A DNA stretch of 64,000 nt from an uncultured Acidobacteriota bacterium. Lineage in GTDB: Bacteria > Acidobacteriota > Vicinamibacteria > Vicinamibacterales > 2-12-FULL-66-21. The DNA is taken from contig CAVVOD010000003.1 in assembly GCA_963749835.1 (NCBI GenBank), positions 257,045 to 321,044 of the forward strand. Reading direction: 5' to 3'. Every line of letters begins with the position of its first letter. Positions within the stretch are counted from its first letter, which is position 1. This document shows positions 8,836-17,330 of this stretch, piece after piece. The position numbers and the translations under genes are program-made. A model generated the notes under the pieces. The model was not told where the DNA came from, did no database searches, and saw only the letters and a list, made by a program, of their open reading frames with translations.

Positions 8836-11598
8836 TCATTTCGTTCCGCCGACCGCCCACACCCGCACCTGCTGAATGCCCCAGGCCTCGCCATTCTGCG
8901 CCGAACCGGTCTGATTGATCCGAATGAACCGGGCCTGCGCGCGAGCAAACGATATCGTGGTCCTTGGAGTTGACCCGGGTCCCTGCGCGACAGGCGGTTG
9001 CCACGTGGTCCCGTCCATCGACACCTGGACACTGTACGCGACCGGCCCGACGGCCGCGGGACCACCGCCCCGGCCGCCGCGGCCGCGGCCTCCGGCGCCC
9101 TGAACGAACGAATCGATCTGGAGATCCGCGATCGTCGCCGGCTGCGGCAGCTCGATCTGGAACCACATGCCCGGCTGCTGAGGCGCGCCCGTGTCCCATC
9201 GCGCGCCCGGCGTTGCGCCGAGGACATTGACCGCCGCCGCCGTGTTGTGACTCGCGCTGACCTTCCATTCCGATGTGTTCGTCAGCGGCGCCGGAACCGT
9301 CGCGAGGAGCTCGGCGAGCGTCCACGGCGCTTTCCGCGGCGTGGCCTTGCGAACCGCCGCCACCTGATCGGATGTCACGAGACCCGCGGAGTTGCCGAAA
9401 CTGTTGCGCACATAGCTGGTGACGTCGGCCAGCCATCCGTCCGTATTGGTGCCCATCGGCACCATGACACCGCCGGGGTAGTTTTTGTCCTCGATGGGCC
9501 CTGTCAGGCCGTGGAGCAGCACCTTGATCGCATACTCGCGATGCCCTGCGACGCGTGGTGAGCCGGCCAGCGATGGCGCGAGCGTCATCCCCTCCGCACC
9601 GCCGGACATCGGCGCCCCCTTGCCATCGGGGGCATGACACGAACTACAGAGCTCCTTGTAAGTGCCTTCGCCGCGGACCATCGATTTCCGCTGGTCCGGC
9701 GAGAAGTTCATGAAGGTGGCTCCCGCGTCGGCGAGCGACGGCCTCTGCCCGAGGTATGCGCCGGGCTTGAGGATCTGCGCGCCGATCTCCTTCACCCCGC
9801 GCACCTGGCTCGCAGCAGCGGTTGCCGCGATGATCTTCGCCGCGTCAGGAACCTTCTGGAGGTTCAGCGTCAGCATCGCCTGGATGATCACGTTCGGATC
9901 GGCGTCCTCCGTCATCGCTCTGTAGTCCGTGGCGAATGACTTGTCCTTCGCCTTGTAGAGCGATTCGCTCGCGCGAATGGCCTGGATCCGGATCTGCGGA
10001 TCCGGGCTCTTCATCAGCTCACGCGCCAGCTTCGCGTCGAACGCCCCCAACCCCTCGAGGGTCCACAGCGCATGAATCCGTGCGAGCTGGTTCGCGGACC
10101 CGCGCGCCATCGTGAGCAGCGCGGGAACGACCGACTTGTCCTGGCCGAGCACCAGCAGCTTCTGGGCCGTGTCGCGCCACCAGCCGTTGGGATGTTCGAG
10201 ATGCGCCACGAGCTGCGCGGGCGTCTCGCTGTACATCCTGGGCGGCGTGAAGCCCGCCGGCTTGCTCTCATGGCTGATCCGCCAGACACGACCCCAGTTG
10301 TGCTGCTTGTCCAGTTCGTACTGATCGATCTTCTTCCGCAGGTACGAATTCGGACCGACGAACTGCGCGTCCTGGATGATACCGGTGTACATGTCCGACA
10401 GGTACAGTGTGCCGTCAGGCGCGTTCGAGATGCTGACGGGACGGAAGAGGGGATCCGTCGAGCGGATGAACTCCGATTTCGGATAGGCGTTCCGAAGCTG
10501 GGTCAGCCCGTCAGTGACCACGACTTTCGCGCGCCTCACGATGCGCCCGACCGGCTCGTTGAAGAAGAGGTCGCCGACGAGATCCGCGGGGAGACGATCG
10601 CCACGGTAAATTTCCACGCCCGACGCCGCCGTGAAATGATTCAGCGTCCCGTCGGGCATCCGCACCCGCCGCATGCCGCCCTGCATGTCCGCGATGCTCC
10701 CGGGAGCGGGCCAGGGGATCAGGAAGTCAGGCTCGAAGTTGTCCGGCACATTGAACGCGCCGTACGCAATCGGAGCCTGGATGTTGACCGGACCGAGCTC
10801 GCCACCGCCGTCCACCCACCACGTCTTCCCGTAATTGTCCTGCGCCGACCACCACTGCCCGCCGTTCGGCTCGGTCTCTTCGCGCAGGATCTTTCCGCCG
10901 GGCGCCATTCGCAGACGGTACGGGTTGTAGGTGGTGTAGATCCAGTTGTCGAGCGCCCACGTCATCCCGCCGGGCTGCCACTCCATGTTCTGGACGCGGC
11001 CGACCCCCTGGTAGAAGAGCTCCTTCTTGTCGGCAACGCCATCGCCATTCGTGTCGGTGTACTTGTAAAGGTCGCGATTGTCGGTTTCGAGGGCGAGGAT
11101 GACGCCGTCGCCCAGCGGAAAGGCAATCCGCGGCATCACCATGTTGTCGATGAACACGGTGTGCTTGTCGTACACGCCGTCTCCGTCCGTGTCCTCGTGG
11201 CGGGAGATGCGGGAGATCGGAGCGCGTGACTCGGAGCCCTCGGCGTCCCGCATGTACGAGCGCATCTCGAGCACGTACATCCTGCCGTTCCCGTCGAACG
11301 TGACGCCGACGGGATCCTGGATCAGCGGATCGGCGAGCACCGGCTCGATCCTGTATCCCTCGGGCAGCAGAAACAGCTTCTGTTGCGTCTCCGGGTCAAG
11401 CCGCACGACAGGTGGTCGCTTGAGAAAATCCGCACCAGCGGTTGCTTCGTCGAATCCGCCGCGGCCGGCCGGTTGCGGCGCGGCCGGTGCAGCCGGCGGT
11501 GGCTGGATTGGCGCCTGGGCGGCCTGCGTGAGAACGAGCGCGCTTGCGGCCAGGAGCACCACGACGAGCAAGCCGAGCCGAGGTCCGAACCGTTTCAT
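8836..11598 (-). CDS. PVC-type haem-binding CxxCH / dehydrogenase-like protein with a C-terminal discoidin (F5/8 type C)-like domain (paralog 2)
   Basis: The track ORF is 8836..11649. I moved the start to ATG 11598 (MKRFGPRLGLLVVVLLAASALVL signal peptide). Contains QQKLFLLPEGYRIEPVLADPLIQDPVGVTFDGNGRMYVLEMRSYM, HPNGWWRDTAQKLLVL and CSSCHAPDGKG. Tail: PGMWFQIELPQ...YSVQVSMDGTTW...ARFIRINQTG, with a GAGGRGRGGRGGG insert. Confidence 0.85.
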   Translation of the reverse strand: MKRFGPRLGLLVVVLLAASALVLTQAAQAPIQPPPAAPAAPQPAGRGGFDEATAGADFLKRPPVVRLDPETQQKLFLLPEGYRIEPVLADPLIQDPVGVTFDGNGRMYVLEMRSYMRDAEGSESRAPISRISRHEDTDGDGVYDKHTVFIDNMVMPRIAFPLGDGVILALETDNRDLYKYTDTNGDGVADKKELFYQGVGRVQNMEWQPGGMTWALDNWIYTTYNPYRLRMAPGGKILREETEPNGGQWWSAQDNYGKTWWVDGGGELGPVNIQAPIAYGAFNVPDNFEPDFLIPWPAPGSIADMQGGMRRVRMPDGTLNHFTAASGVEIYRGDRLPADLVGDLFFNEPVGRIVRRAKVVVTDGLTQLRNAYPKSEFIRSTDPLFRPVSISNAPDGTLYLSDMYTGIIQDAQFVGPNSYLRKKIDQYELDKQHNWGRVWRISHESKPAGFTPPRMYSETPAQLVAHLEHPNGWWRDTAQKLLVLGQDKSVVPALLTMARGSANQLARIHALWTLEGLGAFDAKLARELMKSPDPQIRIQAIRASESLYKAKDKSFATDYRAMTEDADPNVIIQAMLTLNLQKVPDAAKIIAATAAASQVRGVKEIGAQILKPGAYLGQRPSLADAGATFMNFSPDQRKSMVRGEGTYKELCSSCHAPDGKGAPMSGGAEGMTLAPSLAGSPRVAGHREYAIKVLLHGLTGPIEDKNYPGGVMVPMGTNTDGWLADVTSYVRNSFGNSAGLVTSDQVAAVRKATPRKAPWTLAELLATVPAPLTNTSEWKVSASHNTAAAVNVLGATPGARWDTGAPQQPGMWFQIELPQPATIADLQIDSFVQGAGGRGRGGRGGGPAAVGPVAYSVQVSMDGTTWQPPVAQGPGSTPRTTISFARAQARFIRINQTGSAQNGEAWGIQQVRVWAVGGTK

Positions 11599-11799
11599 CC
11601 GTTGAACCTTTCGCACCGGCGGGCGATGAGCGACTGGCCGAACGTGCACAATACCGCCACTCTGCAGGGGGGCGAAGCGCAGGAAGACGTCATTGTGACA
11701 ACAATCCGATGGCGATTACGAGCAAAGGCCGTCGGCCGTTTACCTGCCACGCCGACGGTCCCGGAGTCTTCCTCCGGCTGAAGCCGGAAGCTGCCAGTC

Positions 11800-11889
11800 G
11801 AGTCCCGAATCCCGAACCCGAATCCCGAACCCGAACCCGAGACCCGAGTCCCGAACCGATCCCCGATCCCCGATCCCTATTCCCGAGTT
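11800..11889. repeat. C3-tract tandem array (CCCGAAT/CCCGAAC/CCCGAGN/CCCCGAT units, about 13 C-tracts); G-rich on the minus (sense) strand
   Basis: gagtcccgaatcccgaacccgaatcccgaacccgaacccgagacccgagtcccgaaccgatccccgatccccgatccctattcccgag. It overlaps the stop codon of paralog 3. Confidence 0.85.
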
Positions 11890-14771
11890 TGCGCCGGCTG
11901 ATACACGCGGAATTTCTGGATCGACCACGACGCCGCGTCGTCGGGAGTCGCCGTTTGCGTGATGCGCACGAACTTCGCGGAAACCGGCGCGAACGTGATG
12001 ACGGTCGTCGTCCCCGCCCCCTGTCCTTCTGCGACCGGGCTCCACGAGGCACCATCACTCGATACCTGGACGGTATATGCCCGAGGAAACCCGGAGATCA
12101 TCGTGAATCCCCCGCGGCCGCCGAACTGTCCGGGCCCTGCGGCGCGCGCACCCGCCGGCGCACCAGCTCCTCGTCCTTGAACCGGAGTCGGACCCGGCCC
12201 CGGAGTCCCAGCTGTTCCGGGAGTTGCAGGGGCCGCGCCGCGAGCGCCCCTGCCGCCTGCGGGAGTCGCCGCGGAATCGAACTGGATCTCGGTGATGGAC
12301 GTGGCCGCCGGCAGCTCCACCTGGAACCACATGCCCGGCTGCTGAGGAGCGCCCGTGGACCATGTCCCCGTCGCCAGCGCATTCGCTGCGGCGTCGGGGT
12401 TATGGCTCGCCGTGGCCGTCCATGCTGGCTGCGACGCGAGGAGCACCGGGAGCGAGGCCTCGAGCTCGGCGACGGTCCAGGGCGTGTTGCGATTCGCATC
12501 CGCGGCCCGTGCCCGCGCGACATCCGCCGGTGAGATCAGGGACGCACTGTTCCCAAGGCTGGTCCGAACGTACGACGTCACGGCCGCCATCCAGTCGTCC
12601 TTGTTGGTGCCCATCGGCACCATGACGTCGGTGTAGGTGGTGCCCTGCACGGGCCCCGTCAGTCCGTGCAGCACCGCCTTGATCAGATAATCGCGATGCC
12701 CCAGCACGCGCGGCGAGCCCGTGAGCGGCGGCGCCTTCATCGTCCCGGCCGGCGCTCCATCGACGGGCATGCCCTTTCCGTCCGGTCCGTGACAGGCCGA
12801 GCACAGCTCCGCGTAAATGCCCGCCCCCTCCTGAACGAGCGCCTGCTCCGCCGGCGTCACGGGACCGCCCCGGCCACCGCCGCCGAATCCACCGCCAGTC
12901 GTCGGCGGACGCAGCATCAGGTTGCCGATCTCCTGCACGCCGCGCGCCTTGTTTGCGGCCTGCGCGGCCGTGACTACCTCTTTGAGATCCGCCGCCTTGA
13001 ACAGCTTCAGCGTCAGCATCGCCTGGAGGCTGACGCGCGCGTCCTCATCCTTCGCAAGCTGACGGAAGTCCGCATCGAACGACGTGTCCCCGGCTTTGTA
13101 GAGGGATTCGCTCACACGGATGGCCTGAACCCTGACGAGCGGGTTCAGATCCTTCATCAGGGCGCGCGCCAGCGCCGCGTCGAGTGCGCCAAGCCCTTCG
13201 AGCGTCCACATCGCATGAAAACGTCCCAGCACGCTGGTCGAGTTGCGCGCCATGACCTGCAGCGCGGGCACGACCGACGTGTCCTGACGGAGCACGAGCA
13301 GCTTCTGCGCCGTGTCGCGCCACCAGCCATTCGGATGATCGAGATGCGCGACGAGCTGCGCCGGCTTCTCGTCGAGCATGCGCGGCTGCGTCCGATCCGG
13401 TTCGATGCCGTCGTACACGAGACGCCAGATTCGGCCGTGGCTGATGACTTTGTCGAGCTGAAGCTGGTGAATTTTTGCGCGCAGATACGATCCAGGTTCC
13501 GTCCACTGCGATTCCTGGATGATGCCGTGGTACATGTCCACGATATACAGCGTGCCGTCGGGGGCCGTCGCCATGTTCACGGGTCGGAACAGCGGATCCA
13601 GGCTCAGGATGAACTCGGAATTCGGATAGGGATTGCGCAGCTGCGTGAGCCCCTCGGTCACCACCACCTTCGAGCGTCGAACGAGCCGTCCCACCGGCTC
13701 GGCGAAGATCAGATCGCCACGGAGATCCGCCGGCAGCCTGTCGCCCCGGAATATGTCGGGACCACAGGTGGCGGTGAAATGATTCAGCACCCCGATCGGC
13801 ATCCGGACGCGGCTCATGCCTCCCTGCATGTCGGCGATACTGGGCGCCGGCCACGTCACCTCGAACCCCGGCTCGAACTGGTCCGCCACGTTGAAGGCGC
13901 CGTACACGATCGGCGTCTGGAAATTGAGCGGGCCGCGTTCGCCCCCCGCGTCGACGAACCAGGGCTTGCCGTGATCGTCCTGCGTCAGCCCCCACTGCCC
14001 GAAATTCGGAGCGGTCGGTTCCTTGATCACGCCACCCGGCGTCCAGCGGATCCGGAAGGCGTTGTAGGTGCTGTAGATCCAGTTGTCCAGCGCCCAGATG
14101 AACCCGCTCTGCTGGTGCTCGAGATTCCCACGCCGCCCGGCGCCGCTGAAGAACAGCTCCTTCTTTTCTGCGACACCGTCGCCCGTCGTGTCCGTGTACT
14201 TGAAAATATCGTCCGCGTCGGTCTCCATCGTCAGCACGCTGCCCTTGTCGAGAGGGAGGATGAACCGCGGCAGGACCAGCTTGTCGATGAACACGGAGTG
14301 ACGATCGAAGGTGCCGTCGCCTTTCGTGCTCTCGTGCATGCTGATGCGGCTCACGGGCTCGAACTCGCGGCTGCCGTCGACGTCGAGCATGTAGCTGCGC
14401 ATCTCGTTCACGTAGAGCCGGCCATTGCCGTCGAACGCGATCGCGGTTGGATTGATGATCTCCGGATCGGAGAGCACCAGCTCCATCCGGTAGCCGGGGG
14501 GCAGGATGAAGCGCTTCTGCTGCTCCTCCGGCGTGAGCGGCTGGACGGGCGGTTTCGGGGAAAAGTCTCCAGCCATCGGCTGGTTTCCTCGAGCCGGACC
14601 CTGGGCCGGCGCTCCCTGGCCACTCCGGCCTGCCGGCGCGGGGCCGGACGCCGGTGCGGGCGCCTGCGGTGCGCCTTGCGGCTGGGCAAACACCGTCAAA
14701 CACGCGAGCCACACCAGCGACACGATCGGCACCCACGTTTTCGACAGCTTTTTCGTTTTCATTTCTGGCAT
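11877..14771 (-). CDS. PVC-type haem-binding CxxCH / dehydrogenase-like protein with a discoidin-like tail (paralog 3)
   Basis: The track ORF is 11877..15134. The likely start is ATG 14771 or 14762 (MPEMKTKKLSKTWVPIVSLVWLACLTVFAQ). Contains QQKRFILPPGYRMELVLSDPEIINPTAIAFDGNGRLYVNEMRSYM, HPNGWWRDTAQKLLVL and CSACHGPDGKG. Tail: PGMWFQVELP...YTVQVSSDGASW...AKFVRITQTA, interrupted by a long GGRG/Pro-Ala insert. Confidence 0.85.
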   Translation of the reverse strand: MPEMKTKKLSKTWVPIVSLVWLACLTVFAQPQGAPQAPAPASGPAPAGRSGQGAPAQGPARGNQPMAGDFSPKPPVQPLTPEEQQKRFILPPGYRMELVLSDPEIINPTAIAFDGNGRLYVNEMRSYMLDVDGSREFEPVSRISMHESTKGDGTFDRHSVFIDKLVLPRFILPLDKGSVLTMETDADDIFKYTDTTGDGVAEKKELFFSGAGRRGNLEHQQSGFIWALDNWIYSTYNAFRIRWTPGGVIKEPTAPNFGQWGLTQDDHGKPWFVDAGGERGPLNFQTPIVYGAFNVADQFEPGFEVTWPAPSIADMQGGMSRVRMPIGVLNHFTATCGPDIFRGDRLPADLRGDLIFAEPVGRLVRRSKVVVTEGLTQLRNPYPNSEFILSLDPLFRPVNMATAPDGTLYIVDMYHGIIQESQWTEPGSYLRAKIHQLQLDKVISHGRIWRLVYDGIEPDRTQPRMLDEKPAQLVAHLDHPNGWWRDTAQKLLVLRQDTSVVPALQVMARNSTSVLGRFHAMWTLEGLGALDAALARALMKDLNPLVRVQAIRVSESLYKAGDTSFDADFRQLAKDEDARVSLQAMLTLKLFKAADLKEVVTAAQAANKARGVQEIGNLMLRPPTTGGGFGGGGRGGPVTPAEQALVQEGAGIYAELCSACHGPDGKGMPVDGAPAGTMKAPPLTGSPRVLGHRDYLIKAVLHGLTGPVQGTTYTDVMVPMGTNKDDWMAAVTSYVRTSLGNSASLISPADVARARAADANRNTPWTVAELEASLPVLLASQPAWTATASHNPDAAANALATGTWSTGAPQQPGMWFQVELPAATSITEIQFDSAATPAGGRGARGAAPATPGTAGTPGPGPTPVQGRGAGAPAGARAAGPGQFGGRGGFTMISGFPRAYTVQVSSDGASWSPVAEGQGAGTTTVITFAPVSAKFVRITQTATPDDAASWSIQKFRVYQPAQTRE

Positions 14772-14838
14772 AACCCCTATCGCCGCGCCGACCCGGCGCT
14801 CAGCCTTCGGCACGTCGTCACCGCACAGCGAACGACTG

Positions 14839-14860
14839 TCGATGCAATCGTTTGCATCGA
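14839..14860. promoter_or_regulatory. Candidate LacI-family operator (perfect 9-bp inverted repeat around a CG-centred core)
   Basis: TCGATGCAA-TCGT-TTGCATCGA. The inner 14-mer TGCAATCGTTTGCA fits the generic LacI/GalR half-site pattern TGNAA.CG.TTNCA. It lies in the divergent region between paralog 3 (start 14771) and lacI. Confidence 0.5.
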
Positions 14861-14995
14861 TTTCCACCATCGGTGTACACCCCCGCAGGCAGGTTGTCAA
14901 AGACGTTGCGCTCTGCGAAACGCATGCGATTGCTGGATCAATTTGTGGCTCGCCGTGGCCGAGGCGGATATGATGGCGACGTTTCGGGGGGCCAT

Positions 14996-16000
14996 TTGTC
15001 GAACATTTACCAAGTCGCCAAGCGCGCCGCTGTGTCGACCGCAACGGTGTCCCGTGTCCTGAGCCGCCCCGACGTCGTTTCTCCGGAAACCAGGCGCCGG
15101 GTGATGGACGCCGTAAACCTTCTCGGTTACGCACCCAACTCAGCCGCCAAGCACCTCCGCACGCTCCGCTCAGGCCAGCTCCTCGTCATGGTTCCCGACA
15201 TCTCCAATCCCTTCTTCTCGCTCATTCTTCGCGGTATCGAAGAGGCGGCTCGGAAGGAAGGCTATGCCGTGCTGCTCGGCGACACGCAGCACGACGAAGA
15301 GCGGGAAGAACGCTATGCGCTGATGCTCAAGCGGAAGGAAGCCGACGGCCTGATATTCCTCGGTCACCGGCTGCCCCGGACGGCCGCAGGGCTGGTCCGC
15401 TCGTCGTTGCCAGGATGCGCGCCGATCGTCAATGGCTGCGAATTCAGTCCGACGCTCGGTATTCCCAGCGTGCACATCGACAACGCGACCGCGGCGTCCG
15501 AAGCGATGCATCACCTCTACGAGCTCGGGCACCGGCGCATCGGCGTCGTGACCGGTCCACTCGTCAGTCCTCTCAGCCGGGATCGACTGGAGGGGGCCAC
15601 CAGGCGCGCGCAAATCCAGGGAGCCCAGGACGACGTGTTCGTCGCCCAGGGGGATTTCACCATCGAGTCGGGCTCTCTCGCCGGCGATCAGCTGCTCGAT
15701 CAGCCGGAGCCCCCGACGGCGATCTTCTGTTTCAACGATGAAATGGCGATTGGCGTGCTCGGGAGCGCCCGCCGCCGCAACCTCCGCGTGCCCGAGGACC
15801 TCTCCCTCGTCGGATTCGACGACGTGCGGTACGCGGCCCACACGAATCCGCCGCTGACGACAATTGCGCAGCCCATGCAGGAGATCGGCGAGCGCACCGT
15901 CCGCCTGCTGCTCGACATACTGAACGGCAGAACTGTAGCGCCCGTCTCGGTCACGCTTCCCCACAAGCTCGTGGTCCGCTCGAGCACCGCGCGGATCTGA
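14996..16000 (+). CDS. LacI-family transcriptional regulator
   Basis: The track ORF is 14852..16000. The HTH NIYQVAKRAAVSTATVSRVLS begins right after an in-frame TTG at 14996, which is preceded by GGGGGG. ATG 14924 is an alternative start. A periplasmic-binding-protein-like effector domain follows (LLVMVPDISNPFF, AIFCFNDEMAIG). Confidence 0.85.
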   Translation: MSNIYQVAKRAAVSTATVSRVLSRPDVVSPETRRRVMDAVNLLGYAPNSAAKHLRTLRSGQLLVMVPDISNPFFSLILRGIEEAARKEGYAVLLGDTQHDEEREERYALMLKRKEADGLIFLGHRLPRTAAGLVRSSLPGCAPIVNGCEFSPTLGIPSVHIDNATAASEAMHHLYELGHRRIGVVTGPLVSPLSRDRLEGATRRAQIQGAQDDVFVAQGDFTIESGSLAGDQLLDQPEPPTAIFCFNDEMAIGVLGSARRRNLRVPEDLSLVGFDDVRYAAHTNPPLTTIAQPMQEIGERTVRLLLDILNGRTVAPVSVTLPHKLVVRSSTARI

Positions 16001-16007
16001 TCAACGT

Positions 16008-16041
16008 CGGGATTCGGGGGGGCGGGATTCGGGGCTCGGGC
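16008..16041. repeat. G-tract array (GGGATTCGGG-type), plus-strand G-rich
   Basis: cgggattcgggggggcgggattcggggctcgggc, with five G3+ tracts. It lies between the lacI stop and the beta-helix gene and is the reverse-complement family of the CCCGAAT arrays. Confidence 0.6.
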
Positions 16042-16080
16042 TACGCTGGACCCTTCCACGTCGCCGGATTAACCTCTGTC

Positions 16081-17151
16081 ATGACCACCAGGCCAGATCA
16101 GCGTCGCGCTTTCCTCCAAATCCTGCTTGCGGCGGGGGTGCTTCCCGTCCGGGCTTTCGGTGGCCAGCGGAAGGTCGCCTTCGACGCCGAGAAGACGGTG
16201 CATCATGTCTATCCGACGGGCCGGATCCAGGACGCGCTGGAAGCCGCGGCGGGAGATCCCGTCAACAAGACCGTCCAGGTCCACGCGGGAACGTACCGTC
16301 CGTCCTCCAGGGGACAGGCGCTCATCTGGCTCAATGCCCGGCACGACGGCATCACACTGGAGGCGGTCGGTGAGGTGATCCTCACTGCCGCCAATGCGGA
16401 GATCTCCGACCCCCGGGCGCCCAGCCATCCCGCAATCGTGAACCACGTGGTCTACTTCGGGGACGGCGTGTCACGCAAGACCGTGTTCCGCGGCTTCAAA
16501 ATCACGGGCGCCAAGAACTTCACGACTGGGTCCGGGGAGAAATCCCCGATCGAATCGGACGACATTCGAAAGACCGCGTTCTTCTATACCGACGGCGGGG
16601 CGATCAAGATTTACGCGCGGTCGTATCCCACGATTGAAAACGTCGACGTCTATGAAAACTATGCGAGTCCGTGCGGAGGGGGCGTGTCGGTCGAGCACCT
16701 CGGCGATCCCCGGGATTCCGTGCTCTTCCGGAACTGCATCTTTCGCAACAACGGCACGCAGACGACGGGATCGGCCGTTGATCTCTTACACGGCAGCCGG
16801 GCAACGATCGAAAACTGCCTCTTCGTCGGCAACGTCTCCAACATGGGCGTTGACTACGTCGGGCTGCTGACCGGCGGCGAGTATCATCCGGAGCATGGCT
16901 CCGGCGCGATGACGGTATTCGAGGGATCGCGCGCAACGGTCAGCCGCAGCACGTTCACGGGCAACTGGAACGGCGTGGATGACGGCGGGACCGGCAGCAC
17001 GTACGTCGCGTCGATCTTCTGGATGAACACGATGGCAGGTGGGATCTCCGCTGGCTCCCGCTATGAGCTCGACATCCTCGACGGCGCCGGGGTCAAGGGC
17101 TCGTTCATCCATGGTGACGGTGAACGACCTCAGAGGGACGATCAAAGCTGA
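16081..17151 (+). CDS. Right-handed parallel beta-helix repeat protein with a twin-arginine signal (possible polysaccharide lyase/hydrolase)
   Basis: 356 aa. TAT-like N-terminus MTTRPDQRRAFLQILLAAGVLPVRAFG. Periodic beta-helix rungs: FRNCIFRNNG, IENCLFVGNVSN, VSRSTFTGNWNG. Confidence 0.7.
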   Translation: MTTRPDQRRAFLQILLAAGVLPVRAFGGQRKVAFDAEKTVHHVYPTGRIQDALEAAAGDPVNKTVQVHAGTYRPSSRGQALIWLNARHDGITLEAVGEVILTAANAEISDPRAPSHPAIVNHVVYFGDGVSRKTVFRGFKITGAKNFTTGSGEKSPIESDDIRKTAFFYTDGGAIKIYARSYPTIENVDVYENYASPCGGGVSVEHLGDPRDSVLFRNCIFRNNGTQTTGSAVDLLHGSRATIENCLFVGNVSNMGVDYVGLLTGGEYHPEHGSGAMTVFEGSRATVSRSTFTGNWNGVDDGGTGSTYVASIFWMNTMAGGISAGSRYELDILDGAGVKGSFIHGDGERPQRDDQS

Positions 17152-17330
17152 CATCAACACGTTCGACCCTCCTGATCCTCGCTTCGACGCACAGTTTTCT
17201 CCCCAGGCGCCTCAGTACAGCGACGTGGGATATCGACCCGTGAAGACGTCGGCGGCAGAGCGGCCGACGCGGCGGTAGCGAGGAGCGGCTGCCCACGCGT
17301 CCCGCAGGAGTCCTCGCAATCAGGCGGGCG

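Noticed and set aside
11768-11790. Hairpin cttcctCCGGCtgaaGCCGGaag as a rho-independent terminator after haem-c paralog 3
   Set aside because: The stem is only 5-6 bp and no U-run follows on the minus (sense) strand. The adjacent G-tract array is a more distinctive feature of this gap. The hairpins at 7145-7162 and 54079-54094 are similarly weak.
12666-15062. Long antisense ORFs in the track. Examples are 12666..15062 (+, 798 aa), 33859..36294 (+, 811 aa), 7305..8750, 10072..11229, 4817..5983, 3419..4462, 29524..30705, 30778..32112 and 32078..33280 on the plus strand, and 25930..27015 and 45138..46253 on the minus strand
   Set aside because: They lie opposite genes with clear family motifs, are extremely Arg/Pro/His-rich and show no recognisable motifs. 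These are typical shadow ORFs of high-GC DNA.
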